From Octopus sinensis (lineage: Eukaryota), in contig NC_042999.1 in the NCBI RefSeq assembly GCF_006345805.1, forward strand, positions 130,510,001 to 130,574,000: a stretch of 64,000 bases of DNA. The letters run 5' to 3'. Each line of letters starts with the position of its first letter. Position 1 is the first letter of the stretch. A program made the translations under genes and the position numbers. The notes beneath the pieces were generated by a model. That model saw nothing but the letters and a program-made list of their open reading frames with translations. It was not told where the DNA came from and searched no databases. This document shows positions 25,652 through 37,136 of the stretch, piece after piece.

Positions 25652-27058
25652 AGGCGTAGGAATGGCTATGTGGTAAGTAGCTTGCTTACCAACCACATGG
25701 TTCCGGGTTCAGTCCCACTGCGTGGCACCTTGGGCAAGTGTCTTCTACTATAGCCTCGGGCCGACCAAAGCCTTGTGAGTGGATTTGGCAGACGGAAACT
25801 GGAAGAAGCCCGTCGTATATATGTATATATATGAGTGTATGTGTGTGTGTTTGTGTGTCTGTGTTTGTTCCCCCAACATCACTTGACAACCGATGGTGGT
25901 GTGTTTACGTCCCCGTAACTTAGCAGTTTGGCAAAAGAGACCGATAGAATAAGTACTAGGCTTCATCATCATCATCATCATCGTTTAGCGTCCGTTTTCC
26001 ATGCTAGCATGGGTTGGACGGTTCTACTGGGGTCTGTGAAGCCAGAAGGCTTCATCAGGCCCAGTCAAATCTGGCAGTGTTTCTACGGCTGGATGCCCTT
26101 CCTAACGCCAACTACTCCGTGAGTGTAGTGGGTGCTTTTTACGTGCCACCCGCACTGGTGCCAGACAGAGCTGGCAAACGGCCACGAACGGATGGTGCTT
26201 TTTATGTGCCACCGGCACGAGGGCCAGGCGAGGCTGGCAACGGACACGAAACGGGGCGGTGCTGGCAACGGTCGCGAAACGGAAAGTTCTCTTACATGCC
26301 ACCGGCACTGGTAACACATCTGCAATTTCCATTGATCGATTTCGATTCTGATCGTCACTTGCCTCAACGGGTCTTCACAAGCAGAGTTTTGACATGCCAC
26401 CGGCACTGGTAGCACATCCACAATTTCCATTGATCGATTTCGATTCTGATCCTCACTTGCCTCATCACGTCTTCACAAGTAGAGTTTTGTGTCCCAAGAA
26501 GGGAAGGTATGCATACGTAGGCTGGCTCCATCCCATGTAGAAGGCCACGGGTTATGGACTCACTTGTCCTGCCGGGTCTTCTCGCGCACAGCACACTTCC
26601 AGAGGTCTCGGTCTCTAGTCATTTCCTCAGTGAGACCTAAAGTTCGAAGGTCGTGCTTCACCACCTCGTCCCAGGTTTTCCTGGGTCTGCCTCTTCCACA
26701 GGTTCCCTCAACCGCTAGGGTGTGGCACTTTTTCACACAACTATCTTCATCCATTCTCGCCACATGACCATACCAGCGCAAACGTCTCTCTTGCACACCA
26801 CAACTGATGCTTCTTAGGTCCAGCTTTTCTCTCAAGGTACTTACACTCTGCCGAGTGTGAGTACCGGCATTACACATCCATCGGAGCATACTGGCTTCAT
26901 TTCTAGCGAGCTTACGCATATCCTCAGCAGTCACGGCCCATGTTTCACTGCCATGTAGCATGGCTGTTCGTACAAAGAATAAGTCCTGGGGTCGATTTGC
27001 TCGACTACAAGGCGGTGCTCCAGCATGGCCACAGTCAAATGACTGAAACAAGTAAAAT
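25652..27058 (+). mobile_element. tRNA-derived SINE split in two (25652-25964 and ~26973-27058) by an antisense RTE insertion
   Basis: Left half ends AAGTACTAGGCTT; right half resumes ACAAAGAATAAGTCCTGGGGTCGATTT, as in the uninterrupted copy at 19455-19852. Confidence 0.8.
25965..26975 (-). mobile_element. 5'-truncated RTE LINE (RT C-terminus, 3' UTR repeats, (GAT)n tail)
   Basis: Minus ORF VRTAMLHGSETWAVTAED...RGRPRKTWDEVVKHDL is near-identical to the C-terminus of ORF 50248-52029. Confidence 0.9.
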
Positions 27059-30000
27059 AGTAATCCCTACAATTCCTAATAATATCTAATTATAAAAATA
27101 TAGGATTTTTTAAGCATCAAATGGCTAAGAGGGTCTACACAAGTGAAATAGAGATCAAAAGGATCCCTAGATAAAAACTGGTTGAGAGCTATTCAACATT
27201 TCAGTTCATTCTAATTTTTACAATTTTAAGGCGTTTTCCTATCCTACCTATATCCGTAAAGTCCTCCACTCTCAGCTCACAACACGCAGTATCAGCAGAT
27301 ATAGCCAAGCAAGATATAATTCTATGCGTACATGACAATCGACATAGTTTACTCCACAATAGACAGTTTTCGAAATAGTGATATAGAAAGAAATAGTTAT
27401 TCAGATTCAGATCGGGAATTAAAGACAGAAAATGAGACGATATAGAAAAAAGAAGAAAGTGCAAGAATATACACGAAAAAAATAATAATAGCGAGCGCAA
27501 GAGTGTATGTTCACTTCTTTTGAAGATGGAATATTAATTCTTTGTGTAATTTTCATTTATACAAGACAATCTGAGATGATCTCGATGGATCGGGCAACGT
27601 AAATAACATCACAAAAGATGAAATCAATAAATAGTTCGATAATCTCTCTTTTCGTGCTGACTTCAGCGATATCTCTCTAAGTGAGGAAAGGTATATTTAT
27701 TAATTCAATGTGATTCCTTTCCTTATCAAACACAAAAACTCAGTTAAAGGAAAATTTGCAGAGAAATTATCAGAGTTGTGTGTGTGTGTGCGTGTGTATT
27801 TTAAAGACAAGGTATTATATTTTGTCACTTTCGCACAGATAAACTACAGTGGAATTAAGATAGAGTTTGAACCCAGAACTATGAGACATTGTACTCCTTA
27901 GCAACGAACACATTCTCGAGTATATAATTCTGCAGTTGATAAACGTAAATCAAGGAACAAAAAATTTTCCTGAAACCTGTTGCACACCTTTTGTGGAAGC
28001 TAAATGCTAAGTTTTGTTAACACCAGTCACAGGTGCTTGAAGGAAGACTGAATTTCATGAAATTGGACAATCGAAATAAGAGCCAGATAGATTTCTAAGA
28101 GATTTAAAGCAATTTTGTTTTGATATAAGATTCAACTGAAAGCTTATTTTGAAAACACGAATAACTTGGCAATTGTTGTAGCTGGACCAATGATAAATTC
28201 AAAATAAGGCAAAAATGTTTCTGGTTTTTATGAACAGCCTGGTTCCGCCAAGATTTACAAAGCAAGAAGATGGATTAGAGACACAATCTCCAATAATGAC
28301 ATTCATGGGCGGACTATCACTTAAGCTACACCCAAATTTCAGTAACAGGTAATCCAGCTTCAGTTCACATGGAGAGGCATACAAATAATTTAAGCAGTTA
28401 GTTGTAAAGAAAGATCAGATATCCTAATAACTTGTTTGTGTCAGTATGTTCGAAATATATAGTATTTTAGTTTTAAGCGAGAGGAAAAAATAATAAAAAT
28501 GTATTGATTCATTTTATCATTTTTAAGAAAATTTAGCTTCAGTGCAAGGCACGAAAGACAATTTCGGAATGCCTATACTGCAAAATCTTAAAATTCATAT
28601 TACCATCAACAGCTGTATTGGAAATGTTAATGAACTATAATTAAATGACTTAACAATATAGTTTACTTTTGCGCGATTTCGATTTCTAATCTCATCACAA
28701 CCTATATGTGCGCCCTTTACGTGGGGTGAAAGAAATCACAAAATTTCATTTATGAAGTAAACATGAACCCAAATAACCTCAAACAGAAATGTATCATAAG
28801 TTGATCGCTGACATTTAAACGCTATAGTCACAAGTTCAAGTCTTAACAATTGCCAGGCTGAACGTTTTTCTTCTTGGGTCGATAAATCAGTTTGATTTGA
28901 ATGAGAGAAATCATATAGGATAGAAAACAAACTGAATTTCAACCTTTGTGCAGTAAAAACTTCCTTGATTTTAAAAGCTACTGTATTAAATAGCTTTCAA
29001 ACTAAAATAAATATAAGTCGAATCAGGGTTTAAATCGATAGAAAACTCAGAAAACTTAGAATAAGCCAGTGAAAGTGTATGGGTTTTTTCGTCTTGTTAT
29101 TCTTTTTTTTTTTTACTTTTTTACTTTATTAAATCTAACAAAACATGACTACTGAAGATGTAAAATGTTCGAAAAGTTTTTGAAACTTTTCTATGAATGT
29201 TTCAAAAAGATTGCAAACATGTGCGATGAAATAAAATCAGGAAGCGTAACAACTTTCAGTAAATACGTACAAATTTTCAATAATGAATTGAAATAAAGTC
29301 TTGCCGAAAGCAACAAAACTTGGTGAAATTTCAAAAAGTAAAGTAAAGGGAAAAAAAATTGAACGTTACCTGGTATTGATCACGAATTTGGTCCAGGAAT
29401 ATGTATTTCCATCATTAGAAAAATAATATTGTAGTTGAAATCAACATAACTATTGGTAATATCAACAGAAAGCGCATTAGTAAATATTAGGTGATAATTC
29501 AAGGCATATTGTGATAAACAGGGGTTTGCGTTTGTCATAGATAAACAATGAAATGATATTCTGTTTGTGGTTTAGATAAGAAAATAAATACAAATTAAAA
29601 TAATCCTGAGTGTGTTTGGTACTTCCTACCGGTCAATGAACATGTGTAGAGTTCTTCAATGAAACTTGCAACATCAATAAAAAGTTTTGAAGTCTGCCTG
29701 TTGCACCAAATACAATTTAGGTGAGAGTTCAATCAGGGTAAGTAACTCTTACTGACCAAAAAATTCTTTATAGTCTCTAAATAATGTCTGTTTTATTAAT
29801 AGTCACAGGTAATTACAGGAAAAGTGTCTAGTCAGTATTTATGTGAGCATTTGAGTTTTCCAGTCTCTGCTGAGAGAATTTTCTTTCAAATAACCTGACA
29901 TGGAGCCGGCTAGATTTTCTTCCCACATTTTCAAATGTTATTAGATTCTTCTAAGAAATATGTATATTTTTTTTGTTTCAACAATGCTCTGCGCCTTCTT

Positions 30001-30359
30001 ATCATGACAGTATGTCGTACCTTTTAAGGAACACACTTTATCTGTTACATTGTTTAACACAGATTTCAAGCTAGACCAATAAAAATGTTTCAGCTGAAGT
30101 ATTTGATATGTTTTATAATTTTTCTGAAGCTGTAACAAAAAAAACAGAACGATGTATATCCTTTGGCCACAATTTAAAGCGAAATTTGGTTCCTGCTCTT
30201 AATTGTTATCTCCTAATGTCAAATCCAAGTATCCAGACGGAATTATTGCTGGAAAGAATATGGGAACATTTAAAATTTGGCATACCTACACAATTGTGTG
30301 TGACCCCGCGACTTTGTTAGTAAAATTTTCTCCAATTACATTTCATCAGGTATAGATTC

Positions 30360-30681
30360 TTACAAAAGGGTTAGGGGTGGGGGAAGGGTATCTTTTTTTT
30401 TTTTCAGAAATGTAAATAAACCCAATCTGTTTCTTAATCGAGGGACATTTTCATATTTCACCGCCAGAAAATTTTACGGCAGATGTTTTCACCTCAATAG
30501 GCGTCATTGATTGGTTGAAATTACCAAAATTGAAGAAAATATCTTACAAACTACAGAATTTTCTCAAGAAACCCAAGAGAAAAAGATGTTTTATAAACAC
30601 ATTCTACCAGATTACGAAGTTTAAAAGTGTTTAGTTACATAGAAATTATTTTTAAAAACTACCGTTCAAACCGAAAAGATC
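30360..30681. repeat. Probable MITE-like interspersed repeat (one TIR-like end AAAACTACCGTTCAAACCGAAAAGATC)
   Basis: Recognised as repeat-like; second end not found in the window. Confidence 0.35.
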
Positions 30682-31438
30682 AAAAAAATGGTTGTTCTTT
30701 TTTACCAGCAGAGATAATTACATATATAACACGTATGAATATGATAAATATATAATACAAAACCACATTAAAATACGAATTGTTTTCAAATTAGATCCAA
30801 ATTATATTGAAATTTGTTCTGAAAACTATTTTGGAGTTGCGGAAATGAGTTAACTTTGTTTCCTCATGACTAAGAATAATGGATATTTTTTTTTTTAATT
30901 AAATCTTCTACAGGCACTTTTATGAGGTGTACATTCCAATTATATAGGAAATTAATGTGGAAAAAAGAAAAATGGTGACGTGCACACATACAAAATGCAC
31001 ACCTCTACAAAATGAAACTTGAAATTTTAGAAAAATTGTGATGTGTCCGTATGCGTGAGCGCCCAACAATTTTTTTTTTTACATCAAATTCTGATATAAT
31101 CGTAACCTACACCATTTAAAAGGTATTTGATAATAATTTCATAAAAAGTTCATTCTTCTGAAAGTCGGCGGGGGCACACATGTAGGTATGATTCAAATCT
31201 ATCACCACAACACCAATGAAAATGAAATACTTATGCATATGTAATGTGCGTGCGTAAGTATGCATCTAGGCATACTTACAGTTAGAATATATGTATTTGC
31301 GCTTCTGATCCACAGTCAACAAAGCAAATTAAATTGTATTGGAATTTTGTCAACTATATTAGTATCACAAACAGAAACATTCCTTAGTCTGAAAGAAATA
31401 AAACGCTGTCATCTGGCTTTTTGGCTACATATATACAA

Positions 31439-31439
<1 letters not shown>

Positions 31440-31480
<41 letters not shown>

Positions 31481-31559
31481 CGAGACGTCCAAGGAGGCTA
31501 AGCCCTTTGTGGATGCGAAACCATTGGTCACTCTATGACCGTACATAAACTTAACTACA

Positions 31560-31625
<66 letters not shown>

Positions 31626-31655
31626 CACACACACACACATATATATATATATACA
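31440..31655. repeat. (TA)n and (CA)n microsatellites flanking a hammerhead-like fragment
   Basis: Direct reading. Confidence 0.95.
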
Positions 31656-31944
31656 GTGAATGCACAGTAATCCACATATGATGTAAATTCATTTTCTGCT
31701 ACCTACCCAATATGTAAATCCGAACCTCAAACACTGAATGAATTCAGTATATAGTCACAGATATTAGGAATTTTTTTTTTTCCATATATAACATATAAAC
31801 TTGTAAATCTTTTAGAACATTGTCATTTTATAAGATTTTGCTGGCAAATTCTTTAACATAAACATTTATTTATATGAAAGAAAATTACCGGAGAGCTTTC
31901 TCCTAATTCTTCCAAATCTTTCTGCTAAAACTTTATTGAAACCA

Positions 31945-32495
31945 TTTGTGGGGAAGAAAGAGAGAAAAAAATGACAAAGCAGCACCAAGCGCTTCAACTG
32001 GTTGCACACCACAAGGTTCAACAGGACCTACTGAAGCAAGCCAGCACGTTCGCAGCATTACCATGGGCGATGGCGAGGCTAAGGCGTTGGAAAGGCGAAG
32101 CCCCCTCACGGGGCATCATCTGACACATTGGTGAGGCGAGCAGCCTGCGACGTCCAGAACTTCGTGGTTAGTGGCCCAGTCCCTCCAAACGTCTCAAACA
32201 TCACAGGCTGGAAAAGATAGTTCACTATCAGGTCCCGATACTTCAGGGTTTGTTCTGTTCGTCTAAGGAAGCAGTGACCCTACCGTTTACTGCAGTATCC
32301 AGGATGTGAGAGAGAGCAAAAGAGTCATAGACTATGGCGTCCTAAATGAGCACCTACCTCTAACCCAGGGATAGCAGATAAAACCATCTGGTCTCTTGCC
32401 ATCACTTCTTGGTAACCTCATCGGCTCCACAACTGAGGAGATGTTAATCCGAGCCAGCGCCCACTTAATGATTAAGTTTAGCTCAGTGTGATGAG
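31945..32495 (-). mobile_element. CRE-clade non-LTR retrotransposon 3' fragment (restriction-like endonuclease domain)
   Basis: Translates HTELNLIIKWALARINISSVVEPMRLPRSDGKRPDG...LKYRDL...FQPVMFETFGGTG...FQRLSLAIAHGNAANVLA, with frameshifts. Confidence 0.8.
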
Positions 32496-34910
32496 CAGTG
32501 CTGCCAAAGGTTTTTTTTCAAAACGTACAGAATTTTTTTTCAAAACATACAGAATCTGATCAAAGCATACAGAATTTTACTGAAGCCCCCAAATACAGTC
32601 AAAACGAACTTTTTATACATTTTTTTTGGGGGGGGGGAACATTTATTGAAATGTTGAATGTTTGGACATCAAAAAGATAAGTCATCTTCGTGAGGAGATT
32701 CTGTGTTGTATCAATCGTTTTTCAAATAATGTCTTACAAAGTTGTTCATCCGGTTCCCACGTCGTACAATCGGTATTTCGTATCAAAGTTTTCGACCTCG
32801 TAAGAGCATTAAGCGTAGAAGTTTTCAAGCAATTTCGATTTTTTGTTTTGATATTGTGGAAAACAGACAAAATTCTTTCTGACGATGCAGAGGAGTGCGG
32901 TAAAGAAAGAAGACAAAGCATAAAGGATGACAACAGTGGATAGCGGTATTCATCACCACATTTCTCTTGTGAAACAGCAAACCAAAATTTTTCTGGCTCG
33001 TTATACGGGATGAAAGAACAACATTGAACCGTGAATAATTTCTTCGAAATCTTTTTCATCACAAAGACTTGGTATAATTGACCTTGGCCTTCTTTCAACT
33101 ACGTTGGTTGGGTCCAACGCCTCTAGTAATCCGAAATTGTTCTGCATATCGCGAGACGAAAACCACATGAGCATTTGATTTGAAAGACTAACAAAGAATC
33201 GTAGTATATTCTGTTGGAAAGTCAACAATGCATCAGGGGCAATGGTGGTAGCATTTTCGTATAAAATTCTCTCAGCTGCAGCGTCAAAGTAGATACAATC
33301 TAATGGTTGGTGTGTCGTCGCATCGTTGACATTAATTTCATACACATTGATGACAGAAAGTAAGTCAGGTCTGATGAAATTGCTCAAAATTCCCTTCATT
33401 CCAGCTTTGGTGGCTCTTTTAAGCTTATGCATCCGATAACCTTCGGTCTGGAATTCCAGATTATGTTTGTTAACATTGTTTAAAATGAAAGAGAGAAGTG
33501 CTAAATACATCTTTGTAAGAGGATTCTTCATTTCAGTGAGAATTCGTCGAGCCATAATCGGTCACCCACCTTCTAATGTTGCTTGTGTGAAATATGCCAG
33601 CAGTGTTGGCCACTGCTCTAAAATGCACTGCACAACTTGCTTGTGAGACATCCATCTAGTGCAACTTTCATGCAGGATTTTGTGAGGATCAATTGAAACT
33701 ATTTTCTGCAGATCTTTGAATTCATTGATACGCTTAGGACTGTGACTAAAGTATTCATAAATACTTCTTGTCAATTCTTGGACAGAATTCGGTAATTCAT
33801 TGCACGCGTTTGATGAACATACGTGTAAAGAATGACAAACAGAGGCTTGCACAAAAAGATCTGGCCTGTTCTGCTTCAACAAGTGCTGAACGCCTCCTTT
33901 GCTTCCCATCGTAACAGTTGTATTATCACAGGCGAAACCTATCAAATTTTCCAGAGGAATAGCGTGTCCGTTTAAAAATGATAAAAGACAGTTGTATATA
34001 CCCGTAGCACTGCAATCCTGTATTTCTATAAGTGTAAGAAAATCATCGACTGTCTTTTGAATTTCAACGTCATTGTATCTGGAAACCAGGACAAGTTGTT
34101 TTAGTGTTGAAACATCAGTTGTTTCATCAATAAAGAGTGAGAATTTTGATGAATGAAGCGTTGAAGCCGTAGGGGCCAATGGCTTTACGAAAGATGGATG
34201 TGCCTTTCGTTCAGGCACACTTTGCTTCCTGGGCGATTTTAGAATCAGGACAGGCATTTGCAACAAGGCCAGGTAAGTGGTCCAAAATAGAAATTGGGAG
34301 ATTATGCTCAGCAACAAATGCACAGTATTTTAATTCAGCAGCTGCTACTTTCTTGGAATGTGAAAAAAACGATGAGGCTTTGAAATAATTGGTAATTTTT
34401 TTTGCTTTATTTGCTTCATTTGCATTCTTGCGGCATTTTTCTGCCTGCTCATGTAAAATTTGGCTCAAACTACCGGCAATTTCATACTTGCATAATATGC
34501 ACTTGCCTTTAGCTGTATCGTTCTTGCCTTGCTCCAACCAACTAGAAAATTTTTCATAGCACAACAATTTTTGCGCAAGTTTCCTTTCATAAGATGCCCA
34601 TCTAGCCTTCCTCTTATCTGGTGCTTCACGGTCATTATCTGAGGAATGTTCTGTTTTCAAAGTTCTATCACTCATATCTTGCTCCAGTTATAGTTCTGTA
34701 AGATTTATTTGAATTAATCAAATTATTAAACACATTACATACCGTTTAAAATCCGGGTTAAGACATCCATGTTTGTGTTCAGAGTGATACGGCGGGATTG
34801 TATAAATAAGTACAGCAAAATTGAGTCTAATTTATCAAACTTTTAAAAAAACAATCACGTACCTTCAGTTAAAAGTAAAGTGCTGTAATTGGCATTTGTC
34901 GGCCTGAAAA
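32496..34910 (-). mobile_element. hAT DNA transposon (Tip100/ZNF862-like) with frameshifted transposase; 5' end apparently lost
   Basis: Four overlapping minus ORFs (34211-34675, 33562-34323, 33001-33555, 32682-33098) give FSLFIDETTD, FACDN, VCHSL, TRW and the LSLPHSSASSERI dimerisation motif. End CAGTGCTGCCAAA at 32496 with TACAGAAT subterminal repeats; no matching TIR found on the right. Confidence 0.9.
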
Positions 34911-34929
34911 AAGCCTTCATCAGGATCCA

Positions 34930-36312
34930 TCACACTTTGATTAAGTGGTCGCTGCAGAAGCTAGTGGACGAATGGCTGGTGAGGGCCATTCAAACCATAC
35001 TCAAGATGTTGTCAGTAAGATGAAAGACAGTGTAACGTACGCTTAGTGAAATCCTCTCTCTCTCTCTCTCTCTCCCTCTCTGTTATATATAACATAAATA
35101 CGAACGTAGCAGATAACAGCTAGCCTCCGACCGCTTGGACCCTGTAGTGTCCACTACTCTGATTGGTTGGTATTGGCGCAATTTGTCTCTTGCTCTATTG
35201 CGCACCAATATGCAATCCAACCAATTGCAACCTTCTGATAAGGTCCCGTGACACAGTCTTCTAAATCTCCGTTGGAGCCTCCTGGTCCCTATAAAAAGCT
35301 AGTTATAAAACCGTATTTCGTCTTTGGTTCTAGACCTTCTAAGGTCTAACCACTAACCACAGAGCACACAGCCAGTTCCAGCGACAGACAACACCAGCAG
35401 CATCAGGACCTCCATCTCCGTCTTCTTAACGACGCTAACCACATCACTACGTGCACAGCAGCAGCAACATTCGCTCAGAAACATCTCCACACTATTTGTG
35501 AATTACTTCACCATGGTTAACAGCAAGTACAACCTGCGAGATCTTCCTGTATCAAGTAACCGGCAGTGGCATAGTAGCCACAACTTCTTACACGACACGT
35601 GCTTCAACCGGTTCTGCTTGTGGTGTGTGCGAGAGATTCGAAATAAAGGCACCTACCTTCTCTTCGCTCTGATGGAGACCTTTCAACGGTAACGGATCCT
35701 TCGACACAGCCCGACCCGAACGCTAGAGATAGCAGCTGCTTCACCCAACCTTAACAACGTGATCACCCGTCTTAACCCCTCGACGACCTGACTTGAAAAG
35801 GCAGAAATCTCCGCTCGCTGCGAGCGCGTCACGGCTGCCCCTTCCGGTCAGCTCCCAGCTGCTGACGTCATCCCACACTGCTTCTACGCCACAACTTCTT
35901 GTTACAACTCTTCAACTATTGTGTACCTTACTACGAACTGGTATTTATCTTCATTGTGCGAGAACATTCTTCTAACGTCCTGTTATAGACTCTTTCTATG
36001 CTCTGTATTTTATCTCACACGCATACACTCTTGTTTGTACACACATACACATTATGAATGTATGACGTCCTGTCTATTGTTATTATTATATATGTGCTTA
36101 TGACAAACACACACATGTTAACACATAAATAAAATCTTCTCTTAAACCTTCTGTCAGTTGTGTCTTCCTTTTCCTGCTGGCACTCGTACTCAATTATCCA
36201 TTTTTGTAAGCGACCGTGCAGTGTATTAAAGGAGTCATTCATTCGTCACCTCTCCTTTCGCACGGTCATTCTACAACAGCAACGAATTTAGTGTGCAAGT
36301 AGGAGTTCACTG
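34930..36312 (+). mobile_element. Small decayed RTE RT fragment (~34930-35030 and 36276-36312) interrupted by the solo LTR
   Basis: DEWLVRAIQT on the left and NEFSVQVGVH on the right align to DEWLVKAVQA...EEFRVEVGVH of ORF 50248-52029. Confidence 0.7.
35031..36275 (+). mobile_element. Solo LTR (Ty3/Gypsy-like by its 4-bp TSD), 1245 bp
   Basis: TGTA...TACA termini; ACAG duplicated at 35027-35030 and 36276-36279; TATA-like CTATAAAAG near 35290 and AATAAA near 36128; no internal retroviral ORF. Confidence 0.85.
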
Positions 36313-36407
36313 GACAAAGCTTACCTCAGCAGGATTTAAACTCAGAACTTAAAAATGTCGTGACAAGTGCTGCAAGACATTTTTCTGATGCTGTAACTAT
36401 TCTGCTG

Positions 36408-36442
<35 letters not shown>

Positions 36443-36864
36443 ATAATAATAATAATAATCCTTTCTTTTATTTTGATTCGAGGACCCACAGTTATACGTG
36501 TTACTAAAATAGGTAAAAAAAAAATATGGAGAAAATACAATACCTAGTTATTTAAGTTATTTAAAGACGTGAGGTGAGGCAAGGGTGCCATGAAAAAGTG
36601 GAATCAGATAAATGACAAAATATAATGAACGAAGTCCATATATTAAAAATAAACTAGGCATAGCTAATCATGGACTGTTAAATTATTGTTAGCAGCCTAC
36701 AATTGAATATTTGAAGTTCATTGGCTATCTGAAGGACTAGGAACTCTATATATTTTAAGGGAAGGTAAGCTTCTCTTCATATGGCTTACTTTCTGCTTGG
36801 GATATTTTCTCCCTTTGATTGGCAGGGAGGATCTTTTTTTTTTTTTTTCCCATTTCTCATGTCA

Positions 36865-37135
36865 CCAACAGTTTGCTATCTCTGTCCATTTTCCACTAAT
36901 TGTTACAAAACAATAGGGTAGTACCCACTGGTCATTGCTGAGGAGTAAGGAGAAACCAAAGTCATCAGCCCTTAGCACTGAGACTGAGGCAATTTTTTTC
37001 ACTATGCTCTGAAAACAATAGCTTCTGGAACCTGCTGTTGTTGCTGTATCCACTTTCTGTCTTTGCCTTTTCAGTTCATATGAGCAAAAAGCTCTCGTAT
37101 GTCTCTTACTGTCACATGTGTAGCACTTGGGATTT
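36865..37135 (-). mobile_element. gag-like relic with CCHC zinc knuckle (probable LTR-retrotransposon gag/protease remnant)
   Basis: CYTCDSKRHTRAFC fits C-x2-C-x4-H-x4-C; followed by LPYCFVTISGK, resembling the entry to a retroviral aspartic protease. Confidence 0.5.
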
Positions 37136-37136
37136 T

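Noticed and set aside
26976-27051. Novel N-terminus MFQSFDCGHAG... on ORF 26560-27051
   Set aside because: Antisense SINE tail fortuitously in frame with the truncated RTE
27201-28384. ORFs 27201-27500, 27710-27901, 28199-28384 as protein genes
   Set aside because: No recognisable domains; low-complexity or short; no supported exon chain
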